DNA of 48,377 nt from an uncultured Rhodothermales bacterium (GCA_964438105.1 CAYTJT010000003.1:1-48377); one strand, 5' to 3'. Shown: positions 1 to 9,754, numbered from the stretch's first letter. A program made the numbers and translations. The notes: generated by a model not told the origin, from the letters alone.

Positions 1-588
1 CCGCCACAGGCGCCCCCGGTGTCGCCGCCGGCCTACGGCGCGCCGCCCGCCGCGGCCGCTCCGATGGGAGGCGCGCCGATGGGGGCCGGGAGCGAGCGCG
101 TGCTCGACGCCGCGCTCGAAGCCGTGCTCAAGCTCATCGCCATCCCGTGGCGCTTCCGGCACGAGTTCATCGGGCAGACGATCGTGCAGTCCTCCGAGAG
201 CGCGTTCCTCTACGACAAGTCGCCCCCCGAGCTGAAGGCCTACCTCAGCGATCCGGCCGGGCAGGACGCCCGGCTCGCGGCGCTCACCGACGCGGCCGAC
301 GCCGTCGCCGTGCACCAGCTCGCGATGATGGACGGCTACAAGGCGAGCGTGCAGCTCGGCGCCCAGCGCCTGCTCGACGCCGTCGACCCCGCGCCGGTCG
401 AGGCGGAGGTGGAGGCGAGCAGCCCGATGTACAGGGTGGCGCAGCTTCGGGCCAAGGCCGTCGTGGACCGGCTCAAGGAGATCCACCACGAACTCGGCGG
501 CGAGGATTGGTCGGTGGCGGAGCGGCGGGCGTTCCGGCCGGCGTTCATCAAGGCCTACCTCGCCCGTATGACCCGCCGCAGGTCGTAA
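1..588 (+). CDS. tagH: T6SS-associated FHA protein TagH/Fha, C-terminal part (5' end outside window)
   Basis: Frame 1 is open from nt 1, so the gene is truncated at the left edge. The region IPWRFRHEFIGQT...VAVHQLAMMDGYKASV...RPAFIKAYL resembles the conserved C-terminal domain of TagH/Fha1. It lies directly upstream of tssJ, as in fha1-tssJKLM operons. The FHA domain itself is not visible. Confidence 0.65.
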   Translation, partial: PPQAPPVSPPAYGAPPAAAAPMGGAPMGAGSERVLDAALEAVLKLIAIPWRFRHEFIGQTIVQSSESAFLYDKSPPELKAYLSDPAGQDARLAALTDAADAVAVHQLAMMDGYKASVQLGAQRLLDAVDPAPVEAEVEASSPMYRVAQLRAKAVVDRLKEIHHELGGEDWSVAERRAFRPAFIKAYLARMTRRRS

Positions 589-641
589 GCCGCCCACGCC
601 CTGCGCCCCGCGCTCGCCCCTCTCCCACCCGTCCCCCGACC

Positions 642-1118
642 ATGCGCTCCTCCCCCTTCGCCGTACCGTTCGCCGCTCTGACCGCGCTCCTCTTCGCCCT
701 GAGCGGGTGCGGGCGTGCACCGCAGGCCCCGCCGCCGCCGCCCACGCCGCCCCTCGTGGTGACCGCCGTGGGCGGAGAGAACCTCAACAGCGGGGGCAAC
801 GCGGCCGTGCTGCGGATCTACCAGCTCGCCGGCGACGCGAACTTCCGGCGGGCGCCCGTGCAGCAGTTCTGGCAGAACGACGAGCAGGCGCTCGGGGCCG
901 AGCTCGTCGGCACGAAGCGCGAGGTGCTGCTCTTCCCCGGCAGCAGCGAGGTCGTGCAGATCGACCTCGACGACGCCACCGAGTTCGTCGCGGTCGCCGC
1001 CGATTTCCGCGAGCCCGACCAGGAGGGCTGGCGCGCGATCTACCCCGCAGACGAGGTGCGCGGCAGCGCCGTCGCCGTGCTCGTCGGGGAGGACCGGCTC
1101 TACGTCCGGGTGGAATAG
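642..1118 (+). CDS. tssJ: T6SS outer-membrane lipoprotein TssJ
   Basis: Start is an internal ATG of track ORF 147..1118. Signal peptide with lipobox LFALSG|C. About 158 aa. LRIYQLAGDANFRRAPVQQFW...FVAVAADFRE matches the TssJ/VasD pattern. Located between tagH and tssK. Confidence 0.8.
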   Translation: MRSSPFAVPFAALTALLFALSGCGRAPQAPPPPPTPPLVVTAVGGENLNSGGNAAVLRIYQLAGDANFRRAPVQQFWQNDEQALGAELVGTKREVLLFPGSSEVVQIDLDDATEFVAVAADFREPDQEGWRAIYPADEVRGSAVAVLVGEDRLYVRVE

Positions 1119-1149
1119 GGCGGATGCGGGAGGGTCGTGCGGGGAAGGG

Positions 1150-1179
1150 CTTGTAAAGGGTTGTCTTTCTCGTATTTTG
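1150..1179 (+). promoter_or_regulatory. Candidate Bacteroidota-style promoter upstream of tssK (-33 cTTG, 19-nt spacer, -7 TATTTTG)
   Basis: cTTGtaaagggttgtctttctcgTATTTTG lies in the 152-nt tssJ-tssK gap. It is close to TTTG-N19-TAnnTTTG but the -7 box is one nt short of consensus. Confidence 0.3.
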
Positions 1180-1218
1180 CGGCGTAGGTGGAGGGCGCGG
1201 ATGGGCCGCGCTCTCGTT

Positions 1219-1269
1219 CAAGCAGCGGGATACTCCAAGCAGCGGGACACTCCAAGCAGCGGGATACTC
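1219..1269 (+). repeat. Three tandem 17-bp direct repeats CAAGCAGCGGGA(T/C)ACTC ending 1 nt before the tssK ATG
   Basis: Read directly: 1219-1235 caagcagcgggatactc, 1236-1252 caagcagcgggacactc, 1253-1269 caagcagcgggatactc, then t + ATG (1271). Confidence 0.95.
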
Positions 1270-1270
1270 T

Positions 1271-2623
1271 ATGGCGCAGGAGCGCAGCAAGGTCGTCTGG
1301 TACGAGGGGATGACCCTCGACCCCCACCACCTCCAGCAGTGGGACCGCTACCACCGCGACGTGCTCGACGCCCGCGTCGGCGCGCTCACGCGGCACGGGT
1401 GGGGGCTGACGGAGATCGCCCTCGACGAGGAGCGCCTCGCCAACGGCGAGGTCGCCGTGCTCCGGTGCGCGGGGGTGATGCCCGACGGCTTCCCGTTCGA
1501 CCTCCCCGAGACCGGCCCCCTCCCCGAGCCGCGCAGCATCGGCGACGCGTTCGCCGCCACGGGCTCGACGCTCGGGATCGTGCTCGCGCTGCCGTCCGAG
1601 CGGCCGAGCGGGGGGAACGTCGCGCGTAACGGGACTGCCGCCCGCGCCACCCGCTACGCCTCGGCCTCCGTCACGCTCCCCGACGAGAACACCGGCTCCG
1701 ACGAGCGCGCCGTCGAGGTCGCGCAGCCGCGCTTCCGCCTCGGCATCGGGACGGAGTCGCTGCCGGAGTTCACGACGATCAAGGTCGGCGAGGTTGCCCG
1801 CAACGAGGCGGGGCTGTTCGCGCTCGGCGACGGCTTCGTCCCGACGTGCCTGAGCATCGGGGCGTCGGACCGGCTGATGCAGCTGGCGCGGCGGACGCTG
1901 GAGCGGCTCGTCGCCCGGAGCACGACGCTCGCCGAGCGGTGGCGGGCCGTCACGCAGCAGCGCGAGCTCTCGCCGTCGGACCTCACCGTGCTCGGCCTCC
2001 ACCTCGCGGCGAGCACCTACGTCCCGCTCCTCAACCACCACCACGCCGGGGCGGGCAGCCACCCGGAGGACCTCTACAAAACCCTCCTCGCCCTCGCCGG
2101 CCACCTCGCCGCCTTCACGCCCGGCGTCTCGACCGCCCCCCGCGCCTACCCCACGTACAACCACAGCGACCTGACGGCGTGCTTCGGCGCGCTCGAAGCG
2201 GTCCTCGACGAGGTGCTCGGCGGCGCCACGCCGAAGGCGAACTACACGCGCGTTCCGCTCGATTCGCCCCGCGAGAACCTCTTCCTCGCGACCCCCGACG
2301 GCGGGCTCCTCGACCGGGCGCAGTTCTTCCTCGTCGTGCGCGACGACACGCTCTCCGAAGAGCGGCTGACGCAGGGGCTCCCGCAGATGATCCGCGTCGC
2401 CTCGCCGGACACGATTGACGCCGTGCTCCGCAGCTACACCCGCGCCCTCGGCGTCGAGCACACGAACCGCCTGCCCTCCGGCGTCCCGATGGACGACCGC
2501 GCGACGTACTTCCAACTCCAGAAGCGCGGGCCGTTCTGGGAGGCGATCCAGCAGAGCGGCGGCATCGCGCTCTTCGTCCCGGCCGAGTTCGGGACCGTGC
2601 AGCTGGAGATGATCGCCGCCTGA
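1271..2623 (+). CDS. tssK: T6SS baseplate protein TssK
   Basis: N-terminus KVVWYEGMTLDPHHLQQWDRY matches the conserved TssK/ImpJ opening. 450 aa. Gene order is tssJ-tssK-tssL. Confidence 0.9.
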   Translation: MAQERSKVVWYEGMTLDPHHLQQWDRYHRDVLDARVGALTRHGWGLTEIALDEERLANGEVAVLRCAGVMPDGFPFDLPETGPLPEPRSIGDAFAATGSTLGIVLALPSERPSGGNVARNGTAARATRYASASVTLPDENTGSDERAVEVAQPRFRLGIGTESLPEFTTIKVGEVARNEAGLFALGDGFVPTCLSIGASDRLMQLARRTLERLVARSTTLAERWRAVTQQRELSPSDLTVLGLHLAASTYVPLLNHHHAGAGSHPEDLYKTLLALAGHLAAFTPGVSTAPRAYPTYNHSDLTACFGALEAVLDEVLGGATPKANYTRVPLDSPRENLFLATPDGGLLDRAQFFLVVRDDTLSEERLTQGLPQMIRVASPDTIDAVLRSYTRALGVEHTNRLPSGVPMDDRATYFQLQKRGPFWEAIQQSGGIALFVPAEFGTVQLEMIAA

Positions 2624-2661
2624 CCGCCCACGCCCCGACCGCCGCCCGACGCTCCCGATCT

Positions 2662-3393
2662 ATGACCCTGACCGCGGACACCGCTTCCTTCGACTTCCGC
2701 TTCGACGAGGCCACGGGGCGGCTGGCGGACGTCTACGCCCCGTGCCTCACGCTCGCGCTCAAGCTGCGCGCGGCCGACGAATACGGCGACGCCGAGACGC
2801 TGCGCGGTCGGATCAAGCGGATGCTGGAGTCGTCGCGGCGCGAGGCGCAGCAGCACGGCGCGCCGCCGGAGGACGCCCGCGAGGCCGAGTTCGCCCTCGT
2901 CGCCTTTCTCGACGAAACCCTGCTCTCGTCGGACTGGAGCCAGAAAGACCAGTGGCTCGCGCGCCCGCTCCAGCTCGAGCTCTACAACCGCTACGACGCG
3001 GGCGAGGAGTTCTTCCACCGCCTCGACGGGCTGCGCGCGAACCCGGGCCTCCACGCCGAGGTGCTGGAGATCTACTACCTCTGCATGGCGCTCGGCTTCA
3101 AGGGGAAGTACCAGCTCCACGGGCAGGAGGAGCTGCGCGAGCTCGTCGAGGGGACGTACGCCGACGTCGCGAACCAGCCGGGGATGAAGGTGGGCCGGCT
3201 CGCCCCCCACGGCGCCCCGCGCGACAACGTCGCGACCGAGGTCCGCGGCCGGATGCCGACGTGGGTGCTCGTGACGGCCGCGCTCGTGATCGGGGTGCTG
3301 GTCTACCTCGGGATGAGCCTCTACATCTCCCGCACGGCCGACGCCGTGGCGCAGGACATCGAGCGGGTCGCCGAGGTCGGGGCGGTGCCGTGA
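2662..3393 (+). CDS. tssL: T6SS membrane-complex protein TssL (DotU family)
   Basis: DotU-type motifs EFALVAFLDETLL, LQLELYNRYDAGEEFF, EIYYLCMALGFKGKY. Single C-terminal TM helix WVLVTAALVIGVLVYLGMSLYI. Confidence 0.85.
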   Translation: MTLTADTASFDFRFDEATGRLADVYAPCLTLALKLRAADEYGDAETLRGRIKRMLESSRREAQQHGAPPEDAREAEFALVAFLDETLLSSDWSQKDQWLARPLQLELYNRYDAGEEFFHRLDGLRANPGLHAEVLEIYYLCMALGFKGKYQLHGQEELRELVEGTYADVANQPGMKVGRLAPHGAPRDNVATEVRGRMPTWVLVTAALVIGVLVYLGMSLYISRTADAVAQDIERVAEVGAVP

Positions 3394-3446
3394 TCGGCGG
3401 GCGGGACGGCGGAACGAAGACTTTTTCTAACGAGTGACGAGGGGCG

Positions 3447-6400
3447 ATGAAGTGGTTGTTTAAAGTGCTGACGAGTCGGGGCTTCCTCGTCGTCTTCGGG
3501 CTGGTCGTGGTCGCCGTGCTGACGGTGCTGCTCGGGTTCGCGCTCGGGTGGTCGATGTTGGTGACGGGGCTCGTCCTCGCCATCATCCTGCTCGTCGTCG
3601 GGGTCGTGACGCTCTTCGTGCAGATGCGCGCGACGAAGGCCGCGAGCGGGCTCGAGCACCAGATCATGGCGCAGGCGCAGGCGCAGCAGCTCAACGTCCG
3701 CCCCGACCAGCAGGCTGAGATCGAGCGGCTGCAAGCCAACCTCGAGCGCGCGATCGAGACGCTCAAGCAGTCGAAGCTGGGGAAGAAGGGCTGGCGGCCG
3801 GGCGGGGGGAAGGCCGCGCTCTACGCCCTCCCGTGGTACCTCTTCATCGGCCCGCCCGGTGCGGGCAAGACGACGGCGATCACCAAATCCGGGCTCAACT
3901 TCCCCGTCGGCGCCGACCGCATCCGCGGCGTCGGCGGCACGCGCAACTGCGACTGGTTCTTCACCGACCAGGCCATCCTCCTCGACACGGCCGGCCGCTA
4001 CGTCACCGAGGCCGAGGACACCGAGGAGTGGCTGTCGTTCCTGGAGATCCTCAAGAAGCACCGCCGCGAGCGACCGATCAACGGCGTGCTCGTCGGCATC
4101 GCCCTCGACGAGCTCGCCGGCGCCTCGCCCGATGAAGTGAATCGCCACGCCGAGACGATCCGCACGCGCATCGACGAGCTCATCAAGCAGCTCGGCCTCC
4201 GCTTTCCCGTCTACGTCCTCTTCACGAAAGCCGACCTGCTCAGCGGGTTCGTCGAGTTCTTCGGCGAGTTCGAGCGGAGGGAGCGCGAGGCGATCTGGGG
4301 CGCCACGCTCGACGCGGGGCAGCAGGCCAACCCGAGCCAGCGCGCCGTGTTCGAGGAGGAGTTCGACGCGCTCGCCGAGGCGCTCTCCAGCTTCCGCTCG
4401 CGGCGGCTCCGGCGCTCGATGAAGCGCGAGGACCGGCGGCTCGTCTACAACTTCCCGCTCCAGTTCGCCGGGCTGAAGGACAACCTCGGCCGCTTCGTCG
4501 AGGGGCTGTTCCAGCCGAACCCGTACCAGGAGACGCCGATCTTCCGGGGGTTCTACTTCTCCAGCGGCACGCAGGAGGGCATCCCCATCGACCTCGTGAT
4601 CCGCTCGATCGAGGCGGAGTTCGGGCTGCCGCCCGAGGCGGCCTCGTTCGGGAGCCCCGAGGTCGAGACGAAGAGCTACTTCATCAAGGACGTGTTCACC
4701 GACGTCGTCGTGCCGGACCGCCACATCGCGCGGCGGACCACCAAGGCGGCGACGCGGCAGCGCCTCGCGAAGGCGGGTGCATCGATCGGCGTCGCCGTGG
4801 CGCTCCTCCTGTTTCTGGTCGGCACGTCGCAGGCGCTCGTCCGCAGCAAGCTCGACCTCGACCAGGCCCGCGCCGCCGCCGCCGACGCCGCGACCGTGCG
4901 GTGGGACGGCACGTTCCCGCGCGACGAGGACCTCGCCCGCGTGGCCGCGCTCGGCGACGAGATCGAACGGCTCGACGGCGGGCCGCCGCTCCTCCAACTC
5001 GGGTTGAACCGGAGGGGGGCCGTGCTGGAGCCCGCCCGCGACCTCTACCGCGCCCGTACCCGCAGTTTCGTCGAGACTTACCCCTTCGCCGCGCTCCGCC
5101 GCGACCTCGCCGCTGCGCCGTCCGTCGAGACCGACCCCCTCGCGCGGCAGCAGACCTACGAGGACCTCAAGGCCTACCTCCTGATGACGGCCGAGGGGGC
5201 GCGGCTCGAAGACAACGTCGCCGCCAACTTCCTCCGGCAGTACCTCACCCACTCCACGCGGACGGCGCTCTACGGGCCGGACTCCACGGCCACGCTCCCG
5301 GCCGAGGCCGCGCTCGTCGGCGACCAGATCGCGACGTATGTGGACGGGCTGCGCGAGGGGACGATCGCGCCGTTCGCGGGCGAGGAGCGCGTCGTCGCGC
5401 GCGTGCGGAATCTGATCTACGAGCAGCCGACGATCGCGGGGGTGTACGCGCGCATCCGCAGCGAGGGCAACGCGACGCTCGCCGAGTTCCGCCTCGCCGA
5501 CGCGATCCCCGGCCGCTACCTCAGCATGTTCAACACGGGCGGAGAGGGGGCCGAGGGGCTGGGCGGGCCGAGCGTGCCGGGCTTCTTCACGCAGCGCGGC
5601 TGGGTGGCCTTCGCCGAAGAAGCCTTCGCGTCGGAGAGCGAGGACCCGAGCCGCGACGACTGGGTGATGGGGCGGACCGCCGGCGAGCTGCCGCCCGAGA
5701 TGCAGGACCCCGCGCTGATGCGGGAGCGGCTCGAAGCCACCTACTTCTCCGAGTACGTAAGCCAGTGGCAGCAGTTCATGCGGAGCGTCCGCTACAGCCC
5801 GTTCGGCGACGCGCGCGACGCCGTCCGCAACCTCGACGACCTCTCGAACACGACCGACTCGCCCCTGCTCTACCTGCTCGCCGCCGTCACGGACCAGACG
5901 ACGTTCGCCAGCGGGGACGTTCCCGGCGGCGACCTCGGGGACGACGTGGCCGCCGCCGCGCGCCGCCGCGTCAACGCCGCGGCCCGGCGCGTCATCGGCG
6001 GCCGGACGAGCGCGGGGCTGGAGGGGGGCGAGGCCGACGTGCACCCCGTCGGGCGGCAGTTCGCGGGGCTCCACGCGCTCGGCGCGCAGCAGGCCGCGAG
6101 CGGGGGGGCCTCGCCCGAGCTGTATCAGGCGCTCGAAAGCCTCGGGCAGGTGTCCGGCATCCTCGGCGGGGCCGCCTCGGACCCGGCGCAGGCCGCCGAG
6201 TTCGCCGCGACCGTGATCGACCAGAACGGCGGGGAGTTCGACACCGCGATGCGCTCCGCGCGGCAAGGCCTCCGCCGCCTCGACGCGGACGTGCGGCGGA
6301 CGCTCTTCGAGCAGCCGATCGCCGTGGCATGGGGCGCCGTGCTCAGCGCCGCGCAGCGCCACCTCAACGAGCGCTGGCGCGACGAGGTCGTCCAGCCGTT

Positions 6401-7073
6401 CGAGTCGACGCTCGCCGGCCGCTACCCCTTCGACGCGACGAGTGCGCAGGAGGCCCCGCTCGGCGACTTCGAGCGGTTCTTCCGGCCCCGCGACGGCACG
6501 CTCGCGCTGTTCTACGAGGAGGCGCTGTCGCCGTTTATGACGAGGGACGGGCGCCCGCGCTCGTGGGAGGGCCGCGCGCTCGGCCTCTCGCCCCGCGCCG
6601 AAGCCTCCATCGACAACGCCCGCGAGATCGGCGAGGCGCTCTTCAGCGGCGGCGCGCTCCAGCTCGACTTCGAGCTCCAGGCCGAGGTGCCCGAGCGCGA
6701 GGGCAGCGCCCCGACGCCGAGCCAGGTCTTCATCTCGATTCACGGGCAGGACGACGCCTACCGCATGGGCTCATACCGGCCGTGGGTACCGTTCTCGTGG
6801 CCCGGCCGTCCCGGCGCGCTCCTCTCGATTTCGACCCAGCAGGGCGACCTCCCGGCGAGGCAGTACAACGGCGACTGGGCGCTCTTCCGCCTGCTCGGCG
6901 ACGCCCAGGTCCGCCGCGTGTCGCAGACGCAGTACGAGCTCCGCTGGCCGTTCCGGCAGCCGGGGCAGTTCGCCCTCACGGCCCAGTACACCCTCCGCGC
7001 CAAGAGCGCCTCAACGCCCTTCGGCAACCCCGCGCGGTTCTTCACCTTCGACCCGCCCCCGACGCTGAACTGA
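3447..7073 (+). CDS. tssM: T6SS membrane-complex protein TssM (IcmF family)
   Basis: 1208 aa. N-terminal TM helices, Walker A GPPGAGKTT, typical IcmF length, and position after tssL. Confidence 0.9.
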   Translation: MKWLFKVLTSRGFLVVFGLVVVAVLTVLLGFALGWSMLVTGLVLAIILLVVGVVTLFVQMRATKAASGLEHQIMAQAQAQQLNVRPDQQAEIERLQANLERAIETLKQSKLGKKGWRPGGGKAALYALPWYLFIGPPGAGKTTAITKSGLNFPVGADRIRGVGGTRNCDWFFTDQAILLDTAGRYVTEAEDTEEWLSFLEILKKHRRERPINGVLVGIALDELAGASPDEVNRHAETIRTRIDELIKQLGLRFPVYVLFTKADLLSGFVEFFGEFERREREAIWGATLDAGQQANPSQRAVFEEEFDALAEALSSFRSRRLRRSMKREDRRLVYNFPLQFAGLKDNLGRFVEGLFQPNPYQETPIFRGFYFSSGTQEGIPIDLVIRSIEAEFGLPPEAASFGSPEVETKSYFIKDVFTDVVVPDRHIARRTTKAATRQRLAKAGASIGVAVALLLFLVGTSQALVRSKLDLDQARAAAADAATVRWDGTFPRDEDLARVAALGDEIERLDGGPPLLQLGLNRRGAVLEPARDLYRARTRSFVETYPFAALRRDLAAAPSVETDPLARQQTYEDLKAYLLMTAEGARLEDNVAANFLRQYLTHSTRTALYGPDSTATLPAEAALVGDQIATYVDGLREGTIAPFAGEERVVARVRNLIYEQPTIAGVYARIRSEGNATLAEFRLADAIPGRYLSMFNTGGEGAEGLGGPSVPGFFTQRGWVAFAEEAFASESEDPSRDDWVMGRTAGELPPEMQDPALMRERLEATYFSEYVSQWQQFMRSVRYSPFGDARDAVRNLDDLSNTTDSPLLYLLAAVTDQTTFASGDVPGGDLGDDVAAAARRRVNAAARRVIGGRTSAGLEGGEADVHPVGRQFAGLHALGAQQAASGGASPELYQALESLGQVSGILGGAASDPAQAAEFAATVIDQNGGEFDTAMRSARQGLRRLDADVRRTLFEQPIAVAWGAVLSAAQRHLNERWRDEVVQPFESTLAGRYPFDATSAQEAPLGDFERFFRPRDGTLALFYEEALSPFMTRDGRPRSWEGRALGLSPRAEASIDNAREIGEALFSGGALQLDFELQAEVPEREGSAPTPSQVFISIHGQDDAYRMGSYRPWVPFSWPGRPGALLSISTQQGDLPARQYNGDWALFRLLGDAQVRRVSQTQYELRWPFRQPGQFALTAQYTLRAKSASTPFGNPARFFTFDPPPTLN

Positions 7074-7113
7074 CGGACGCGCCGCGCGGGTTCACCTTCC
7101 AACGCTCACCATC

Positions 7114-8082
7114 ATGCCGACGGCTCCCCTCGGCGCGTCCTGCTTCGGCAAGCTGCCCGACCGCGGCGACTTCGTGCGCACGAACGCCGGCGGCCGGGCC
7201 ATGCGGGATTTCGACGCGTGGGTGCAGCGGGGGATCACGGAGGCACGCCGGCACCTCGGAGCGGACCTCGCGGCGGCGTTCGAGGCGTCTGGGCCGACCT
7301 GCTTCTTCGTCGAGGTGCCGAACGCGCCGCACGCCCTCGCCGGGGCGCTCCGGCCCAGCCGGGACCGGACGGGGCGGCGCTACCCGTTCCTCGTCGCCGT
7401 CGAGGTCGAGAAGCGCGACCTCGACGGGTGGCGGATCCCGTCGTGGCCGGACCGCTACGGGGCGTTCTACCGTGCCGCCGCGGCCCTCGTCAACGACGCG
7501 GTCGAGGGGCGCCTCGGCGCGGACGAGGTGGGCGCGGCGCTGCGGACGCTGCGCGCGGCGTACGACCATACCCCGTTCCCGGTGGACTACGAGTTCCGCC
7601 TCCGGCAGACGGGCGCGAACGACCTCTGGGCACGCACGTGGGGCGACGCGGAGGACGGGCGGAAGTACGTCCTGCTGAAGAACCTCACCGACGCGCTCGC
7701 CCGGAGCAGCAACGGGCGATCGGCGAAGCTGCCTCCGCTGCTCCGCATCCCGCTGCCCCAGCCGGCGCACGGCATCGACGTGAGCTTCTGGCTGGAGGCG
7801 TGCTGGCAACTGCTCGGGGCGCCGCCGCACGCCCCCGCCTTCTTCTGGTCGCCCGAAGACGGAGCGGGGGGGGAGCTGCTCGTCGGCTCGTCGCCGCCGC
7901 CGCCCGGGTTGTTCGTCCACCTGCTCGCCGCCGACCGTCCGCTCGCGTCCGTGCCCCGGCTCGACGATGCGAGCGGCCAGCCCGCCGCGCTCGCCGCGCT
8001 CGCCCTCCCCGCACACCACGGCACGCTGCTCGAAGAGGACGGGCTGAGCCTCCACACCTTCATTCACCGCCTGAGCCCCTGA
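7114..8082 (+). CDS. tagF: T6SS-associated regulator TagF (ImpM/DUF2094)
   Basis: Opening motif CFGKLPDRGDFV is typical of TagF. Follows tssM as in H1-type loci. Confidence 0.75.
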   Translation: MPTAPLGASCFGKLPDRGDFVRTNAGGRAMRDFDAWVQRGITEARRHLGADLAAAFEASGPTCFFVEVPNAPHALAGALRPSRDRTGRRYPFLVAVEVEKRDLDGWRIPSWPDRYGAFYRAAAALVNDAVEGRLGADEVGAALRTLRAAYDHTPFPVDYEFRLRQTGANDLWARTWGDAEDGRKYVLLKNLTDALARSSNGRSAKLPPLLRIPLPQPAHGIDVSFWLEACWQLLGAPPHAPAFFWSPEDGAGGELLVGSSPPPPGLFVHLLAADRPLASVPRLDDASGQPAALAALALPAHHGTLLEEDGLSLHTFIHRLSP

Positions 8083-8100
8083 TCCACCGCGCCTCCACCT

Positions 8101-9732
8101 ATGGCTGAAGTCACCGAAGAACCGCAGGTCGCCCCCGACGAACCGCTCTCGCCTCTCCTCGAAGCCGTGCGCGCCCCGATCTCCGAGGCGGACGCCGTGG
8201 GCATCGACGTGAAGTACGAGGACAGCTTCCAGCAGCTCAAAGCGGAGGTGGACAAGGTGCAGAGCGCGAACGCCGACGCCGACTTCGACCGCATCGTGGA
8301 GCTCGGCCAGCGGATTCTGACGGAGCAGTCCAAAGACCTCACGGCCGCCGCCTACCTCGGCCTCGGGCTCCTCCGGACGGACGGGATCCGCGGGCTGGCG
8401 GAAGGCGTCGGCGCGGTGCACCTCCTCTGCGAGACCTACTGGGACGACCTCTACCCCCCGGTGCGGCGGATGGTCGCGCGAAAGAACGCGCTCCAGCTCC
8501 TCACCGACCGCGGGTACGAGTACCTCGAAAGCCAGAAGCCGACCAAGAGCGACGGGCCGGCGCTGGAGCGCGCCCTCCGCGACTTCAAGGCGCTCCAAGC
8601 GCTCGCGATGGAGAAGATGGGGGAGCACGCGCCCGTGCTGAGCCGGCTCGCGAAGCTGCTCGAAACGAAGCTGCGGGCGGTGCCGAAAGACGCCCCGCCC
8701 GCTCCGAAGCCGGAGGCCACGGGGGACGGGGCGCCGGCGGCTACGGCCCCGAGCGGGGGGGCGGCTCCGCCGAAAGCTCCGGCGGCGGGCGGTTCCGCCT
8801 CCGGCGAGTTCCAGTCGCCGACGCAGGCGGGGGTGGTGATGCTCAAAGCGGTGGCCTTCCTGCGCGAGCAGGACAAGACCTCGCCGACGCCGTTCCGGCT
8901 CGCCCGGGCGCTGCGCTGGGGCGGGCTCGCGGAGGCCCCCCCGGCCGAGAACGGCAAGACGCTCGTCGAGCCCTACCTCGAGCAGCGGAAGACGTACCTC
9001 AGCGGCCTCGTCACCAAAGGCCAGTTCGCCGATCTGGCGAACGCGGCCGAAGAGAGCTTCCTCGAATACCCCTTCTGGCTCGACCTCCAACGCTTCCTCG
9101 CTACGGCCCTCGACGCGCTCGGCGGTCCGTTCGCCGCGATCCGCGACGGCGTGCTCGGCGACCTGGCCGTGCTCGTCACCCGCTTCCCGACGCTGCCCAC
9201 GCTCGCCTTCAGCAACGGGACCCCCTTCGCCGACGGGGCCACGCAGGAGTGGATCGAGACGCAGGTCCTGCCGATGTTCGGGGGCGACGGGGAGGCGGGG
9301 GCGGCCTCTGCCGGAGGCGGCAACGACGCCCTCGAAGCCGACTACGCCGACGCCCGCTCCCACCTCGCGAAGGGCGATCTGGCCGCGGCCATCGCCGCGC
9401 TCGGGGGCGAGGGCGACGGCTCGGGGTACGATCGCTTCCGCCGCCGGCTCTACCTCGCCGCGCTATGTGTGCGCGGGGGGCAGCCGGCCGTCGCGCGGCC
9501 CATCCTCGAAGGGCTCGAAGCCGAGGTGGAAGCGCATCGCCTCGACGCGTGGATGCCCACCCTGGCGCTCGACCTGTGGGCCGCTCTGCACGGCTGCTAC
9601 GGGTCGCTGAAGCGCACGGCGGAGGGGGAGCAGAAGGCCGCGTTCCAACGGGCCGCCGACCGGGTCTTCGAGCGGATATGTGCGGCCGATCCCGCGCGTG
9701 CCCTCGCCGTCATGGACAGGGGCAGGGGATAG
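8101..9732 (+). CDS. tssA: T6SS assembly/cap protein TssA (ImpA N-terminal domain)
   Basis: ImpA_N-like N-terminus (PISEADAVGIDVKYEDSFQQLKAEVDK...LTAAAYLGLGLL). 543 aa. Immediately upstream of tssBC. Confidence 0.8.
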   Translation: MAEVTEEPQVAPDEPLSPLLEAVRAPISEADAVGIDVKYEDSFQQLKAEVDKVQSANADADFDRIVELGQRILTEQSKDLTAAAYLGLGLLRTDGIRGLAEGVGAVHLLCETYWDDLYPPVRRMVARKNALQLLTDRGYEYLESQKPTKSDGPALERALRDFKALQALAMEKMGEHAPVLSRLAKLLETKLRAVPKDAPPAPKPEATGDGAPAATAPSGGAAPPKAPAAGGSASGEFQSPTQAGVVMLKAVAFLREQDKTSPTPFRLARALRWGGLAEAPPAENGKTLVEPYLEQRKTYLSGLVTKGQFADLANAAEESFLEYPFWLDLQRFLATALDALGGPFAAIRDGVLGDLAVLVTRFPTLPTLAFSNGTPFADGATQEWIETQVLPMFGGDGEAGAASAGGGNDALEADYADARSHLAKGDLAAAIAALGGEGDGSGYDRFRRRLYLAALCVRGGQPAVARPILEGLEAEVEAHRLDAWMPTLALDLWAALHGCYGSLKRTAEGEQKAAFQRAADRVFERICAADPARALAVMDRGRG

Positions 9733-9754
9733 AGCGATGCGTTCGCAGATTGCG

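Noticed and set aside
147-641. N-terminal extension of the tssJ ORF. Analogous track extensions exist at 14747..15037, 26233..26424, 33850..34131, 39981..40043, 41775..41798, 43919..44158 and 47014..47160.
   Set aside because: The extensions overlap the preceding genes and are Arg-rich. The internal ATGs chosen give proper signal peptides, lipoboxes or conserved N-termini, and often ATGA coupling with the upstream stop.
1219-1269. Considered whether the 17-bp repeats could be a tiny CRISPR array or part of the tssK coding sequence.
   Set aside because: The repeats are directly tandem with no spacers, so this is not CRISPR. The conserved TssK N-terminal motif starts right after ATG 1271, so an upstream start is unnecessary.
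3321-6743. 1140-aa ORF on the minus strand, antisense to tssM. Similar long antisense ORFs lie at 1100..2515, 7042..9363, 10415..11938, 13329..15029, 15695..17740, 26383..29223, 39885..41516, 42012..43493 and 45125..47113.
   Set aside because: These are typical high-GC artefacts, because stop codons are rare on the opposite strand of GC3-rich genes. Their translations are Arg/Gly/Pro/Glu-rich low-complexity sequence with no motifs. Each is fully covered by a + strand gene with clear family signatures.
4901-7678. Long alternative-frame + strand ORFs: 4901..7678, 15484..18447, 40010..41740, 42152..43582 and others.
   Set aside because: They give Arg/Pro/Ala-rich nonsense translations in a shifted frame of recognised genes (tssM/tagF, tssG/clpV, REC-TrxR, kef). 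No motifs are present.
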